Positions 63,614-64,000 of a DNA stretch of 64,000 bases are shown here, piece by piece. The translations under genes were made by a program, and so were the position numbers. Under the pieces are notes generated by a model that did not search any database, was not told the DNA's origin, and saw nothing but the letters and a program-made list of their open reading frames with translations. Each line of letters starts with the position of its first letter. The first letter of the stretch is position 1. The stretch covers positions 4,719-68,718 of the forward strand of contig DAOUTP010000001.1 of the NCBI GenBank assembly GCA_030626645.1. The letters are read 5' to 3'. This DNA is from Candidatus Cloacimonadota bacterium (GTDB lineage Bacteria > Cloacimonadota > Cloacimonadia > Cloacimonadales > TCS61).

Positions 63614-63653
63614 ATAACCAAATTCAAATCAACACACAAAAAGTCAAATATTT

Positions 63654-64000
63654 TTATATTTTCATGGCAAAATGCCCCGAATCTACCTGTTTTCCATTTT
63701 TAATCACCCCCCATTTGTTCGTGAAATGGAGATTTTCCCATTGTCGGCCAATACTATCAATCAATGGATGTGAATGGATATACTTCTCATGAATAAAGAA
63801 GTTAAAATCAATAGCTAACCTTCTCAAATGGTCTGAATCCATTGTCCATGAACGTTTCTCTGCTTTAACAAGTTTACCATCCTCTATGGTTAAACCATGA
63901 TAGTAGAGATATTGTTGATCCTTAGTCCTGTTAGCCTCTCCAAAGGTTAGGTTTACACCCAGACTGTTTGCATAAAGAATTAACCTTGCAATGTTCTGAG
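63654..64000 (-). CDS. peptidase M15 (VanY / L-alanyl-D-glutamate peptidase-type) endolysin, 5' end outside window
   Basis: The frame of track ORF 63654..63842 stays open upstream to base 64000 (LRNIARLILYANSLGVNLTFGEANRTKDQQ...). The motifs SDHLRRLAIDF (S.H....A.D) and DSGHFAMK (D..HF.) match Zn-peptidase M15. Confidence 0.6.
   Translation of the reverse strand, partial: QNIARLILYANSLGVNLTFGEANRTKDQQYLYYHGLTIEDGKLVKAEKRSWTMDSDHLRRLAIDFNFFIHEKYIHSHPLIDSIGRQWENLHFTNKWGVIKNGKQVDSGHFAMKI

Noticed and set aside
63589-63792. Plus-strand ORF 63589..63792 downstream of the divergent region.
   Set aside because: It starts inside the terminator hairpin and is antisense to the M15 endolysin frame, which has clear catalytic motifs.

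Overview
AT-rich 64-kb stretch of a tailed dsDNA phage or prophage. Many gene starts are preceded by the Bacteroidota-type -7 box TAnnTTTG, so the host is probably a Bacteroidota bacterium. The window has five co-directional modules. (1) 1-21315, minus strand: late structural operon (portal, scaffold, major capsid, connector/tail/fibre genes). It ends in a >1100-codon ORF that runs off the left edge and is missing from the ORF track. A promoter and a tRNA(CAU) precede the operon. (2) 21.5-27.6 kb, plus: small early genes (HNH, frameshifted MTase, DUF1937-like, Lar-like, GroES). (3) 27.6-33.8 kb, minus: large terminase, a second interrupted MTase, DUF4326, HNH. (4) 34.2-40.1 kb, plus: small genes behind an operator-rich divergent switch region, ending in a KilA-N gene. 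(5) 40.1-63.5 kb, minus: replication/recombination genes (RusA-like, SSB-like, DnaA-C-like, UvrD+Cas4-like helicase-nuclease, Dam-type MTase, DnaB, tyrosine integrase) interleaved with many tiny Cys-rich ORFs. A partial M15 endolysin lies at the right edge. The most unusual signal is 14 segments, mostly single small ORFs, each boxed by its own perfect or near-perfect 9-13 bp inverted repeat. All share a GTTA...TAAC core and carry a unit-specific, covarying extension. They form two arrays (50.5-52.9 kb and 59.6-63.0 kb). Each array abuts an identical 80-bp sequence plus a ribbon-helix-helix gene, and in one case a tyrosine recombinase. One further unit sits in opposite orientation at 38.7-39.3 kb. 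I read this as a candidate cassette-exchange (integron-like or inverton-like) system, but only the sequence pattern is observed; the mechanism is inference. Other notable points: both large MTase genes are broken exactly at catalytic motif IV; a ~75-bp element recurs four times upstream of genes; a G9 tract lies in the biggest tail gene; and an inverted duplication of promoter plus start codon sits at the 33.8-kb switch.
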